The notes: generated by a model from the letters alone, not told the origin. 63,499 nt of DNA, filler included, from Globobulimina sp. (GCA_003354225.1; 44 parts of 44 records of this genome joined end to end with filler, not necessarily neighbours in it), one strand, 5' to 3'; positions 12,428 through 24,340 are shown, counted from the whole stretch's first letter. A program made the numbers and translations.

Positions 12428-13134
12428 GAAGGAGATATAGGAAGGATGTATAAGGAGGATGTCTAGGAAGGATGTGAAAATTGTTTTGAAAACTGTAAAA
12501 ACTTTTAATGCAGCATTAATATCGTCCGGCAGTTTTGGCTACGGAGGATTTCTGAGTCTGCCTGGCCAGACTGAACTCCGGAACACACACATTTAAATTC
12601 TCAGAATATGTTTGTATACTTTGTTAGCCAACTCAGAAAAAATTCTGCAGCATTTAATGGGTCTCTGGGATGAAATTTGTATACTTACAAAGTGACTACA
12701 AACAGCGTTATTTATAATTTATAATTATGACCTCTCACAATTGTGGCAAATTGTGAGTTAAATTAAGGATATTGATCCGCTATTTTTTTGTGTTTTTACC
12801 TGTTTTGTTTCTGACTTTTTCTATCCATTGTATGTCTTGAATCCATTTGATTTCTTCATAATAACCAATACCAATACCAGTAATACATTATTCCATCTTT
12901 CAAACTTCTCTTGCNNNNNNNNNNNNNNNNNNNNNNNNNNNNNNNNNNNNNNNNNNNNTTAATTAATTAANNNNNNNNNNNNNNNNNNNNNNNNNNNNNN
13001 NNNNNNNNNNNNNNTTCTCAAGCACGAACAATCAATCACAAACAAACAATTCATTCATCGTTAACAACACTCCTAGTTTAAACCAACACATTTTAACCAC
13101 AAAATATCGTGTCATTTGAGTTACATTATAAAAC

Positions 13135-14193
13135 ATGGAAAGAACACTAACAATTTTCATCATTTTGATTACAACGATGACACCCATCAAACAAGCAATG
13201 ATGGCGCCTGCTGCTTTTCGTCATTTAGCAGCACCAACATGGCAAAATTTGTTCAACCAAAATCGTTTACTGTTTCATGGTTTAGGCTCAGCGTTTACTG
13301 TTTCAAAATATTCTCCTTTTGAGACAGTCACATATTGGAAGGAAGAATGTAAAGGATTTTTACCGATGCTGTCAACATCATGGTGGGCATACCCTCAATG
13401 CGGAATGGCCGATGGTAGTTATTTGGGAATACTTTTAGATGTCCATGACACAATGGTTGAACTGCATGGCTACAGTTCTAGTTCCGCAGGATTTTGTAAT
13501 CCCAGCTGCGGTGCGGATCAGTACACTACGTCATCGCTCAGAGATATCTCAATCGACGCGTTTGACTGTAACATTCCAGATGAATATCTTAAATGGAAAC
13601 CAACGACGAGAGAAGTATTGAAAGTGCCCCTCGCAACAGCTCAATTAAGAGGTTCTAATTTCATTTCAGAGAAAATTCGTGTTTGTTTATCACATTTAGA
13701 GTATTTAAATGAATATTATTTTAGAAACAAGCTGAATAAAGAAATGTTCTATAAACACGGAATGAAAGCAAAAGCAAAACATGATCCATCAAAATTTACA
13801 CAACACAAAGATGCTCAAACAGCTCGTCAAGAAAGTCAAGTTGAGAAAAAAAAGAAAATGATGCAATGTATTGACGAAAGATGCGCAGACTATGGAAGGG
13901 AGAGAAACAAAGTTTATTTTGAAAAAAGGAAATTTTTAACAAAGCAGTGGGCCGTAGAGAGACTTATCAATGAGACAACAACGTTCAATGAATTGGTCGC
14001 CTCATTTCCTGTCAAATCAATAAAAGCAGTGATTTACAAATCTGAATTATATCCATCTGAAGGTGCTGAGAGCGCTGTTTTTGAAGCAAAGTTACTCCAA
14101 CAAGCTCTATCCAGCATACTAGAGATAAAGGTGCCAGTATTGGAATTGACAGGAGGTAGCAAACCAGAAATAATACTGGTAAATAATGGATAA
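13135..14193 (+). CDS. Hypothetical 352-aa protein, intronless, possible ADP-ribosyltransferase-like motifs
   Basis: Complete ORF with LLFHG...LSTS...GILLDV...FNELV. The family assignment is speculative. Confidence 0.55.
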   Translation: MERTLTIFIILITTMTPIKQAMMAPAAFRHLAAPTWQNLFNQNRLLFHGLGSAFTVSKYSPFETVTYWKEECKGFLPMLSTSWWAYPQCGMADGSYLGILLDVHDTMVELHGYSSSSAGFCNPSCGADQYTTSSLRDISIDAFDCNIPDEYLKWKPTTREVLKVPLATAQLRGSNFISEKIRVCLSHLEYLNEYYFRNKLNKEMFYKHGMKAKAKHDPSKFTQHKDAQTARQESQVEKKKKMMQCIDERCADYGRERNKVYFEKRKFLTKQWAVERLINETTTFNELVASFPVKSIKAVIYKSELYPSEGAESAVFEAKLLQQALSSILEIKVPVLELTGGSKPEIILVNNG

Positions 14194-14498
14194 ATTTGCC
14201 GTTTTAATACTCTGTCGATTTTAGTCCATAATCGCTTAAAACTTTCATTTGAATGCATTCTAATAATTTGTCCCTGCGGCGGATAGCATAATTCTATGAC
14301 ATTTTTAGTGTCATTACCGTTTAAAGTAAACACATTGTATTTTAAAACCGCTTTTTCAGTNNNNNNNNNNNNNNNNNNNNNNNNNNNNNNNNNNNNNNNN
14401 NNNNTTAATTAATTAANNNNNNNNNNNNNNNNNNNNNNNNNNNNNNNNNNNNNNNNNNNNAACAGTCAGATTACACTGACTATGATCAAAAAGAGGCA

Positions 14499-15806
14499 AT
14501 GCTTTGGTTCCAATGTTATAACTCCGCCTCGGTCCCAGTTACCGTCGACGCGAAGACACATTCATTAGAGGACTTCCCTGACGTAGACTTTCCGAAATTG
14601 CCTGCATTGAATATATTTGACTCTGTTAACTATGAAAGGCTCTATTTACCGGAAGAAATCTATGAAATAATAACCTATGAATATTACGCTGATGATCCTC
14701 AATCCGCAGTGCACGAAAAACAGAAACAAAATGCAAGCGATGCGCAGAAAATATATTTACCAGAAGAGACTTATGAAATAATTACGATTGAATATTATAC
14801 GGAGGAGGAACTTGTTGCAATGCAAGGAAATAAAGAGATATTCGAAGAGGAAATATGTGCACAAAAGGAAGCGAATCAAGTACAACAAACATTGGGTGAT
14901 GACAAACAAAACGAAGCTGAACGAAAAGAATATGAAACACCGGAAGTTATTACGGCATCACCAACAAAAAAGGAAGCAAAGAATGATGAAAATAGGAGTG
15001 CCGAGAAACGATTATTTATGTGCGTTGTGCCTAAAATAGAAACAAAAACAGCAGAAAACGAAAAAGAAAAAGAAACAGAACAACGTGAGATTGATGAGTT
15101 TGCAGTTTACGTTGAATTTCCTCAAAATCCGCGAGATTCGATTCAAATACAACGGTTAGCATTGTTGTTGTCGCAATATCAATGTTTCGATAATACAGTA
15201 TGTAATGGTTTGCTTTTTAACCTATTTATGTTTATTTCTATTCAATATAAAGGATAAAAAGCAATGTATTTATGAGTTTATTTGTGATGGCAATATTGAC
15301 GAATACAACGAAACATTGCTATTAAATGATTGGTATTATACATTGGTGCATTACTGTGAGAATCACATATTATTTCAACATTTGTATAAATATTTCACAG
15401 CGCAAATTGGCACAACATGCGACATTGAACAATGCGAAATTATTCGACGAAATTATGAAAAGCATCCGAGTCCGAAGGAATTTTATGGATTTACAGCGCA
15501 TAAACAACAAACTCGAATACGTTTATTAGATAATATTCATTGCCATATCTTGCATTCCTATGATATCGGATTTAAATTAACAAAAACAGAAAAAGAATAC
15601 GTCGAATTTGGTGATGGTTATGACACAAATATCGATCCGACAGAGGTTAATTTATTGGACGAGAAAATGGTGCGATTAAAGAGAAGTTTGGTTGGAAAAA
15701 AACAAAATTTGAAGAAATTAATTGGACTCAAAAGATTGAGATATAATAAATTTGTAACTCAGATGTTCGAAGAAAACCATAATCGCAAACAAAGTATGTT
15801 GGATAT
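14499..15806 (+). CDS. Hypothetical protein with a Cys/His-rich helical module, join(14499..15197,15253..>15806)
   Basis: A 55-nt phase-0 intron (15198-15252). Duplicated motif LYLPEEIYEIITYEYY / IYLPEETYEIITIEYY. Also CDIEQCEIIRRN and LLDNIHCHILHSYDIG. Confidence 0.65.
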
Positions 15807-15907
15807 NNNNNNNNNNNNNNNNNNNNNNNNNNNNNNNNNNNNNNNNNNNNTTAATTAATTAANNNNNNNNNNNNNNNNNNNNNNNNNNNNNNNNNNNNNN
15901 NNNNNNC

Positions 15908-17252
15908 TCTGAAAGGAAAGAGAATTTTCTCGATGCAATCATCCAAGTTCAAAATATTGCGTCTTTATCCCACTCCTTATCCAAACAATGCAAATCTGAA
16001 TATTTAGTTGGTGAAAATCAATATTTTTGTGAAAAATGTAATGCAAAATGTGATGCAAAACGCTCCGTTGCTTACACAAAATTGCCAAAGGTTTTAACCT
16101 TAGCCTTAAATCGATTTGTATTCAATTTATATACAATGAATCGCGAGAAATGTAACGACCGCTTCGAGTTTCCATTGGTCTTTGATTTTGAGCCATATTT
16201 AGACGAACAATTATCAAATACGCAAACCCATCGAACCAAGAAAGATGAAGAGTTGCTAAAAAAAGCAAACCAAGAATATGAAAACGAGCAAAAACTCAAA
16301 CAACAGGCAAAGGAAAAAAGAGAGAAAATCGAAAAAGAGGAAAAAGAAAAAGAAAAAGAAAAAGAGAAAGAACCGAATAATAATAATAATAATAAACAAC
16401 AACTTGCAATTACAGCACCGCCAAATATTACCAACACCCAAATCACCAAAGGTACCCACACAGAGATTGCGCCATTACCACAGCCACAGCCACAGCCACA
16501 TCCAAATCCAAACCACAATGGGAATGGGAATGGGAATGGCAATAATAATAATAATGGGATCAGTGCCTGGCGTAGTGGTATCCCGCGTAGTATGTCCGAA
16601 GAAGACGAAGATGTGAAAAGGGCCATTGCCGAATCATTGGGTCAAGAGTATGTAGCACCGCATCCAGCATCAAAGACGTATGGTGGCGGCAATGGCAATA
16701 TGAATATCAGTGGCATTGATAGTATGAATCGGCCGCATGGGGGAGAGATGCAAATGGCACTGAAAGAGGAGGTGTTTGAGGCGCAAGAGCTAGTGTCGTA
16801 TGACTCGGCGGTGGAGATGTTGTTGAATGGGCATTGTTGCTTTGGATTATATGACAAAAAGATAAAGCAATGGCGGACTGCAGTTTTTATGAAAAAATGG
16901 GACGATAAAAAGAGATTAATGGTGAGATTCAGCCAAGACGGCAATATAAATCCAAGTGCGGCATCTGATAAATTTTTAACCATTAAAGATTTCCCAATTG
17001 ATTGTATTATAAATGATGTCGAAAGATTTAATGTGAAAGAGCGTGATTTAAGGGATATGAGCAATGTTCCTCCGGCAAAGGTTGATTTATGGCTGCAAAG
17101 GAAAAACAAAAACAAAAACAATCACAATCATCCTCTTAACAATAACAAACAATCCAAGCAAGAAAAGGACAAAAAAGCAAAGGCAAAGCAAGCAAAAGAA
17201 AAAGAAAACGAAAAGGAAAACGAAAAAGAAAAAGAAAAAGAAAAAGAAGAGA
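15908..17252 (+). CDS. USP deubiquitinase, internal fragment with a UIM-bearing insertion
   Basis: EYLVGENQYFCEKC, LPKVLTLALNRF and FEFPLVFDF, then a long insertion containing EEDEDVKRAIAESLG (UIM). Open across the whole contig. Confidence 0.85.
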
Positions 17253-17553
17253 NNNNNNNNNNNNNNNNNNNNNNNNNNNNNNNNNNNNNNNNNNNNTTAA
17301 TTAATTAANNNNNNNNNNNNNNNNNNNNNNNNNNNNNNNNNNNNNNNNNNNNAGATATCGACGATACTGTTTTTACTCCAAATTTGTCTGACATTGTTCA
17401 CCTGATAAAGTTTTTAAAAATAGGAAGTTATGCGGACTTGGGTTGTTAGAAAAATATGAAATTTGAACTTTAGCAGTTGATCAGATCAACAACCAAACAA
17501 AAAAAACAATAGTTGCAATCAATAAAAAACACAATCGGAGCATATTTATGTTG

Positions 17554-18243
17554 TTACATTTCTGCAAAACGTCTTTTTTTTCCAATGTGTTTATTATTTT
17601 TATTAACTGCTACATTTGCAGCTGGTTTTGGTTGATAATTGTTTGCTTTGTGTCGTTTATTTGGGTTTTTATTGCAATTAACATCCAAATCAATGTCAGA
17701 ATCTTGATCATTGTCATTTGCATTTTTGTTTTGCCCAAATATATATTGTTTTGTTTGTTGAAATTGCGATTGAATTTTAATATCATTGTTGTTTACATGT
17801 ACATATTGATATGAATTGGATTGTGTTTGGTGAGAATGAGATTTGGTGCAAGGAGTGTTATCATCAGAATCATCGCAGAATTTTATATTATATAAATTGT
17901 TAAAAGTATCAGTAAATATGCTCATTTCATCGGTATTATTTTGATGATTTAATTGTTGATCATAATATGACATGGCATCATCAATGGATCTGAACATTTT
18001 ATTTGGATTATTGGAATTTGATGCTGTTGGTGCTGATGATATAAATAATGGAATTTTAAAATTATCATTGAATGAATTAAAACTGTCATTATTGCCATTT
18101 GACGTGAATATTGCGTTTGTTTTATTAAATTTAAATGGTTTTGCTGTACAATATGTGTTTCTCTCATATTTATGAGTATCATTGAAAGAATATGATGATA
18201 ATGGCACATTAATGTCAGCCATCTGATTGTATGTTCTTTTCAT
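17554..18243 (-). CDS. Asn-rich hypothetical protein
   Basis: Complete 229-aa ORF with a basic C-terminus (KKRRFAEM). Confidence 0.55.
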   Translation of the reverse strand: MKRTYNQMADINVPLSSYSFNDTHKYERNTYCTAKPFKFNKTNAIFTSNGNNDSFNSFNDNFKIPLFISSAPTASNSNNPNKMFRSIDDAMSYYDQQLNHQNNTDEMSIFTDTFNNLYNIKFCDDSDDNTPCTKSHSHQTQSNSYQYVHVNNNDIKIQSQFQQTKQYIFGQNKNANDNDQDSDIDLDVNCNKNPNKRHKANNYQPKPAANVAVNKNNKHIGKKRRFAEM

Positions 18244-18341
18244 ATTTCCTCCATCTCAGAAAATGGCGAAAGATATGAGTTGGTTGAGAGGAGAAAAAGT
18301 GTTGTTTGAGTGAAAAATATTATTCATTTACATTCAAGAAC

Positions 18342-18429
18342 ACGGCGTATTATGCAAATCAAGAACACGGCGTATACACAAATTGATATACGGCGTATAC
18401 AAAATCACGTCTACTGATATACGGCGTAT
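18342..18429. promoter_or_regulatory. Four copies of ACGGCGTAT upstream of the 18243 ATG
   Basis: Exact 9-mers at 18342, 18367, 18390 and 18421 in AT-rich DNA. The regulatory role is inferred. Confidence 0.4.
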
Positions 18430-18798
18430 ACACAAATTCAGACTGTAATAATGGAAAGAAAGAAAAAACAAAAATAATAATAATATATATAAAAATAATG
18501 GAAAGAAAAAACAAAAATCCAACAAAACACAAAACTTCATAAAATTACAAAAATGATTTGTTGGTTATACCATTTTGGTTATAAATTCTCATCAATTTAG
18601 ACATTGTTTCCTTTTTAATATGTTTCACCCAATAATTCATTTGCAGTTTTTTGAAAGTTTTCACATTATTCACTGCGACCAAACCCTTATATTTATCANN
18701 NNNNNNNNNNNNNNNNNNNNNNNNNNNNNNNNNNNNNNNNNNTTAATTAATTAANNNNNNNNNNNNNNNNNNNNNNNNNNNNNNNNNNNNNNNNNNNN

Positions 18799-19843
18799 AT
18801 TGTGAATATTATTATTATTTGAGAACAATGCCCTTTGCATTGACTTTGGTGCTTTTAATGGTACCAATAAATGCATGAAAGGGTCAAATGTTTTTGCAGT
18901 AAAGTCGCATTGCGGACAAGTTACTGCAGACTTTAACAGCCCGGCAAATAAATCCGTACAAACTGAATTATTCCGTTTTAAATATATTTCATGCCATCGT
19001 TTATGTAGAAACTCTCTCCGGTCCTCAATCGATAGTTCGTATTCATCAAAATCCGGTATTTCCATATATTTCTTCTTCTTTATCCTATTCAAATCCTCAT
19101 GCAATGCGTCTAGAAAATTGGTCAGAAATTCTTGTGCATCGTGCTGTAACATAATTGGTCAGGAAAAACGAGTATATTTTTGTAAAATAATGCGAATTAA
19201 ATACCTGTCTATAATCAGCAAATTGTCTCAATGTTCCCGATAAATTCCAATGGATCATCCCCGGTTTAATGGATTTACCATAATATGACGATGAATTATT
19301 ATCATTTGATGCTTTACACATTTCATATATTAATCTGCTGTAAGCCTTTGCAACTTTGCCACCATAACCAATGGGATTATTAGTATTCAATTGTTGCGTA
19401 TACCATTTATTTGCATGATTATTTAAAAAGAAATGCGTTAATTGTTGAGTGTGTAATAATGACTGCAATGTTGAATTCATAAAACAAGTGTTGCCCATAT
19501 TAGTGAGTCCAATGGGTTCAGATAAAGGACGGCATTTTGTCAGCCAATCAGGTGTAGCTCTATCACCATATGATTTGGATTGTTGTTGCAAATGTCGACT
19601 GCGGGTCATTGCCCCTTTATGTTCTTCCTGTTCCTCACATGATTGACGTCCATTATATCCATACTGTCTATTTCCATTATGGCCATTATGTGAATTGTAT
19701 CCATTTTGTCCTTTCTGTCTGCAATGCTCATCTCTTTCTTGTTTGGCTTCTTCTTTTTCTTTCTTTTGTTTTTCGTCAAAGTCTTTTCGAACTTGTTGAT
19801 ATTTTTGAGTTTCGCATTGCCGTTTTATATGACCGGGTGTTTT
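18799..19843 (-). CDS. USP4/15/8-type ubiquitin-specific protease fragment (intron 19144-19204)
   Basis: GLTNMGNTCFMNSTLQSL, NPIGYGG, YRQ|HDAQEFLTNFLDALHEDLN, CPQC, TFDPF. The frame stays open up to the switch to bacterial-type DNA. Confidence 0.9.
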
Positions 19844-19844
19844 G

Positions 19845-20144
19845 AGTGAAGTTGCTCGGATGGCACGATTTCTGGTTGGGCTCGATGCTGCGATACCCTG
19901 GCACGTGTCGCGTTTTCATCCGGCCCATCTCTGGACCGATCGTCCACCCACACCTATGGAGACGATTCGAAAGGCACGGTGTTTAGGGCTGGACGCCGGC
20001 CTTCAATACGTTTATACGGGCAACCTGCCGGGCGACGACGGTGAAAAAACGTTTTCTCCGGGATGTGGGGAAGTGGTCATCGATCGACGTGGTTATCGCG
20101 TGGTCGATGTTGCGATAAAAGGAGCGTGCTGTACCCGATGTGGT
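19845..20144 (+). CDS. Bacterial AmmeMemoRadiSam-system radical SAM enzyme (PFL-activase-like), C-terminal fragment
   Basis: IPWHVSRFHP, PPTP, GLQYVYTGN and a terminal CTRCG. About 60% GC in a counted line against AT-rich flanks. Confidence 0.85.
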
Positions 20145-20422
20145 NNNNNNNNNNNNNNNNNNNNNNNNNNNNNNNNNNNNNNNNNNNNTTAATTAATTAA
20201 NNNNNNNNNNNNNNNNNNNNNNNNNNNNNNNNNNNNNNNNNNNNATATGGTGGAAATAAACATGTACACATTCACCTTTTTTAAACTGCTGAATAAAAAA
20301 TGCTACAAAGTCAAGAAACAAAATCAAAGCCATTGTTGGTTGTTTAGAGTTTTGCCAAAAAACACTCGACGATTATGCAATCAACAAAAACGTACAAAAA
20401 CACAAAAAACAACAGGTGACTG

Positions 20423-21436
20423 TCAATATATTTCATCACTTTCTAACTCAGCCACCATAGAATGTTTCATGAAGTCATCGACAGACGACATAGTTGTGAC
20501 ATGTTGCCGTGCATTTGCTAATTCTTTGCTTTGTTGCTGTTCGATTTGCTTTCTTTTCACAAAATATTGCCTCAATTTTTCCTTTCTTGACTGCCTATTA
20601 AAATACAAGGAAGTCGTCGGTATTTGAATTTCTCTCTTAAACAAAGCGTTTGGCACTAACTGATATTTCCTGAAAAACATAATAAACCGCGTACACAGTA
20701 AGTGCTTACTCTCATAGTGATCAAATAACTGCTGATGATGATAGAAAGCATGCGCGAATATACGGTATACCCTACGACATAAATCGCCAATGTCTTTCTT
20801 GGCTTTCTTCTCTGGAATCTGTCACATATTTGGTATTCGCAAGCGCTGTGGCACTGTGTGCAAGGATATATATTATATATTTGGCAATACCTTGTTATAA
20901 TTTGGAGAGCACACATTATATTCCTTGTTGTTGAATTTCTCTGTAAATAAATCGAGTGTATGCACACAATATTGAATGGCATTGCAATCCTTTGGTTTGC
21001 GATGCGCTGAACATCTGTATCTAAACTTGCTCGTTGCTTGCATTTTGTTGCAATTTGTATTGTTACATTGCGAGGATAAATAGACCACAAATAAACCAAC
21101 TTCGATCAAAAAATATTTCATAGTTTCCACTTGAAATTGTAATCTCCCGTTCGACGCGGATAAGTCACGGGGAATATCAATTATTTTCTCCACGTTGGTA
21201 TAATCGTTGGTTACTAATTCTTTTATATATTCGCTCATTGCAAATAAGGTTTCTTTCTCTGAAATTGGCGTCGATTCATATTTAAATATGTCTGCCTTTT
21301 TCATGCCTGGATATATTCGTTTCTTTGTCCGTGTTGAGAGTATATAGTCTCTACGCTCAATGTCTTGCTGAGTTGGTTCGTCTGTTTTGGATTCTGTTGG
21401 TGCCGCATTGTCAGTGCTTTCTTGTGAATCTGCCAT
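20423..21436 (-). CDS. MOB4: MOB4/phocein, complement(join(20423..20818,20891..21436))
   Basis: CNKMQAT...RCSAHRKPKDCNAIQYCVHTLD. After a 72-nt intron: LCRRVYRIFAHAFYHH...LCTRF. Confidence 0.92.
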
Positions 21437-21474
21437 TTAATATGCACACAGTAGAAAAAAAGGGTTACTTGAAT

Positions 21475-21590
21475 TAGACTATGGCCAACTAAGTTTTTTT
21501 TGAGACCGTTACATTTAAAGTCTACTTATGTCTAAGAGGATTGCTTGCCAGCAGCGTGGATTAATAAATAGTCCTCACTCTATTGCCTCT
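21475..21590 (+). mobile_element. Terminus of an interspersed repeat or DNA transposon (copy 1; copy 2 at 51798)
   Basis: 114/116 nt identical to 51798-51913, with a sharp shared boundary at (AT)TAGACTATGGCCAACT. Confidence 0.8.
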
Positions 21591-21690
21591 NNNNNNNNNN
21601 NNNNNNNNNNNNNNNNNNNNNNNNNNNNNNNNNNTTAATTAATTAANNNNNNNNNNNNNNNNNNNNNNNNNNNNNNNNNNNNNNNNNNNN

Positions 21691-21913
21691 TTCAAATGAA
21701 AGATATTGTGGAGGTGCATTGTGGCTAATTGCATCATTGTTTAATCATTGTAACAATTCAAATGCGAAAAGATTTGTATTTTATAAATTTATGTTTATTA
21801 AAGCAAAACAAGATATAAAAAAAGGACAAGAAATTACAATCAGTTATGTGGATCAGACGATATCAACAAATGATAAACAAAATCAATTAAAGAATTGGGG
21901 TATCTACAAATAA
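21691..21913 (+). CDS. SET-domain (SMYD-like) methyltransferase, C-terminal fragment
   Basis: ASLFNHCNNSNA and AKQDIKKGQEITISYV. Confidence 0.85.
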
Positions 21914-22012
21914 CAAAGATATTAATGTACAAAACATATATGTTGTTTGCTTTGTTCACCTCTAATAATATTAAACATTTTTTGGAATTTCACGACCAAA
22001 TAACCGCCAATC

Positions 22013-23036
22013 ATGTTAAAATCGTTTGTCACAGTATCTTTATTGTGTTTATATCTATCTACCTCGCAAAGTGATCAACATGTACCATATTCATCATTAT
22101 CTCCATGGAATACACCAATTGATTCTGATGTAGAAATCGATAACAATTCTGCACATTATGTGTCGTTATGGGGTTTGTTTATGCTGTATATGTTTCTTTG
22201 CAGCAATTATAGCTGTCCTTGTACGTATTTTAAAGGAGGTGATACACCATTTCGTTGTACCACCAATGAATATGATGAAACAATGTATATAACCAATTCA
22301 TCAACGATTATGGCTCAAGTTCATGTTACAAAAGTATATTCCATCGTATTCAACAATAATATGAACGTTTCAGTTAAAAATAATCAAACAGTATCCGTCC
22401 AAATCCCATCAAAAGCAGTTGGTTCTCCAGGGAGCGATTCAGAAATAATTTTGTGGAACACTGCAACTGAGATAGAAACGGCTTTTTGGCAGTTTAGGGC
22501 AGGACCTTTGGCTAATACATATACAGCAGTTAATGGTTACAGCTATAATACAACGTGGAGTGCTGTTCCACCGCAAGGATTTCATTCACGCGGTGCAGGT
22601 CATTCATATATGTGAACATATTCTTTTGCTTTAAATTATTGAATTGTGCAATTGCAACAGGTGTACCATATATGGCTGGGTTACTTAGAAAATGGGAAAT
22701 TGAACAAGGACATATTGATCACGCATTGGCGTTAAGCACAGCAAGCACATCACCAAAATATGTGTATCCAGCCACAAAAAGTGATGGGAAATTAGCTAAT
22801 GGCATCCCTGAAGGTACACGATTTCAAATTCATCCTAAATACAATGAAACTGATTTTAAAAACTGGGGGTTGGATTCAACCGGAATAGTTATTGCAAGAT
22901 GTTTACAAAAATATGGAATGTTTGTTATTGACAGTACTGGTGGTAGCGGAGCAAAAATTGTTCCTGAAGATACTATAACAGCGAAGTGGCACAATGTATT
23001 GACTCCTTCCACAGTACCACCAATCCCTAAAACTTC
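22013..23036 (+). CDS. Secreted protein of bacterial-type uncharacterised family, join(22013..22172,22236..22598,22661..>23036)
   Basis: Signal peptide; SPWNTPI, RGAG|VPYMAGLLR..EI..GHIDHAL, YPATKSDG, IPEGTRF, IARCLQKYG. Intron 22599-22660 is required for the frame; 22173-22235 is in-frame and inferred. Confidence 0.75.
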
Positions 23037-23136
23037 NNNNNNNNNNNNNNNNNNNNNNNNNNNNNNNNNNNNNNNNNNNNTTAATTAATTAANNNNNNNN
23101 NNNNNNNNNNNNNNNNNNNNNNNNNNNNNNNNNNNN

Positions 23137-24340
23137 TCGACGGCGTCGGACTTGGACTCAATGTATTTGTTCATGGACGCCATCCATTTCTCCTTCATGC
23201 CGCCTCGAACCTGGTTGCTGATGTTTTGCAGGATTTTGCTGATTAAGGTAAATTTGCGCCGAACTTGGCGTTCATACTTCTTATATTCGTCGCATTGCGA
23301 TTTGAATTTGCCGTAATACGCGATTTTCGGGTTGAAGATGCGTAGAAAGATAAAGCCGCCGATTAAGGAATTTTTCAAGCGTTTGTTGTTAGGCTGCGAA
23401 GATTGCGCCAATTCCGCCAATTTCTTGCAGACAATGCGGAGGCCAATGGGGTACTTGTTGGCCACCATGATTTTCTCCAATATGAAGTCGATGTATTTCT
23501 TGAGGATTTCCCTGCGCTGCCCGCACAATTTGAGGATCTGTGGGTCGTCGGGCCCTTTGTACAAGATCTTGTGCGCAGAGATTTGGTTCATGGCCGAGTC
23601 CCAAATCTGCGCGGGGTCGATTTCTAAGTCTTGCTTTTGGTTCGATTGAGCCAGACAGTGATCGCAAACCGGTTCGACGATGTCGTCTACAAATTGGGCC
23701 ACGGGCGCTCGCTTCAAATAGGCGCCCAACAATTTGGTCGCCGCTGTGTTCTCTCGGAGATAGGTGGTCAGGTCCTCAGTTTGCGAGAACTCAAACTCCA
23801 TCACGTCCAGAATGATATTGGTCAGTATATGTTCCTGCGTCTCGTCCAACTCGTTGCATAATAAGGTCTCCGTCAATAACTTGACAATGGGCTCCAAGAA
23901 CTTATACTGTGGCTCGTAATAAATGGGCGATAATAAGGAACCGCCCGATTCCAAGATGCAACCTACCAATTCCCCATAGAGCTATATATAATATTCGCAA
24001 AATCGCATATATTCATTCATAGCTTATATATATATATATAATTAACTGATAAGGTCTCGTTAATCGCATTGTTTCTTGCTTTCAGTGCTTGCGGTTTCCG
24101 CACAGTGCATTGCGACGCGATGGTTGCTTTTCGCTTCGTTTTCTTGATTGCTGTGTTGTAGTAATTCTTATCTTTCTGCAAGACTGGGATCTGCAGAGAC
24201 AGTGCGGTTCGGTCGCTATAGAGTTTGGGCAATAATGTGGCTGTTCGAGGGTTCTCAGTTCCAAATGTTTCTATTAAATGCTTCAGCGTCACATAGCCAC
24301 CACTTTGGTTTCCAAACAGATTGTTGTTTGGATTGTTCAT
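23137..24340 (-). CDS. RasGAP-domain protein, complement(join(<23137..23981,24047..24340))
   Basis: YLRENTAATKLL (arginine-finger region), GGFIFLRIFNP, LISKILQNISN. A 65-nt intron (23982-24046) joins the two ORFs in frame. Confidence 0.88.

Noticed and set aside
14034..14333. Convergent gene overlapping the 13135 ORF by 160 nt
   Set aside because: No recognisable domain and partial at the contig edge, so it cannot be told from a chance open frame.
19845..20144. Genuine HGT of the radical SAM gene (likewise galM at 60335-60611)
   Set aside because: Both are truncated mid-gene, unameliorated, intronless and at contig ends; chimerism is more parsimonious.
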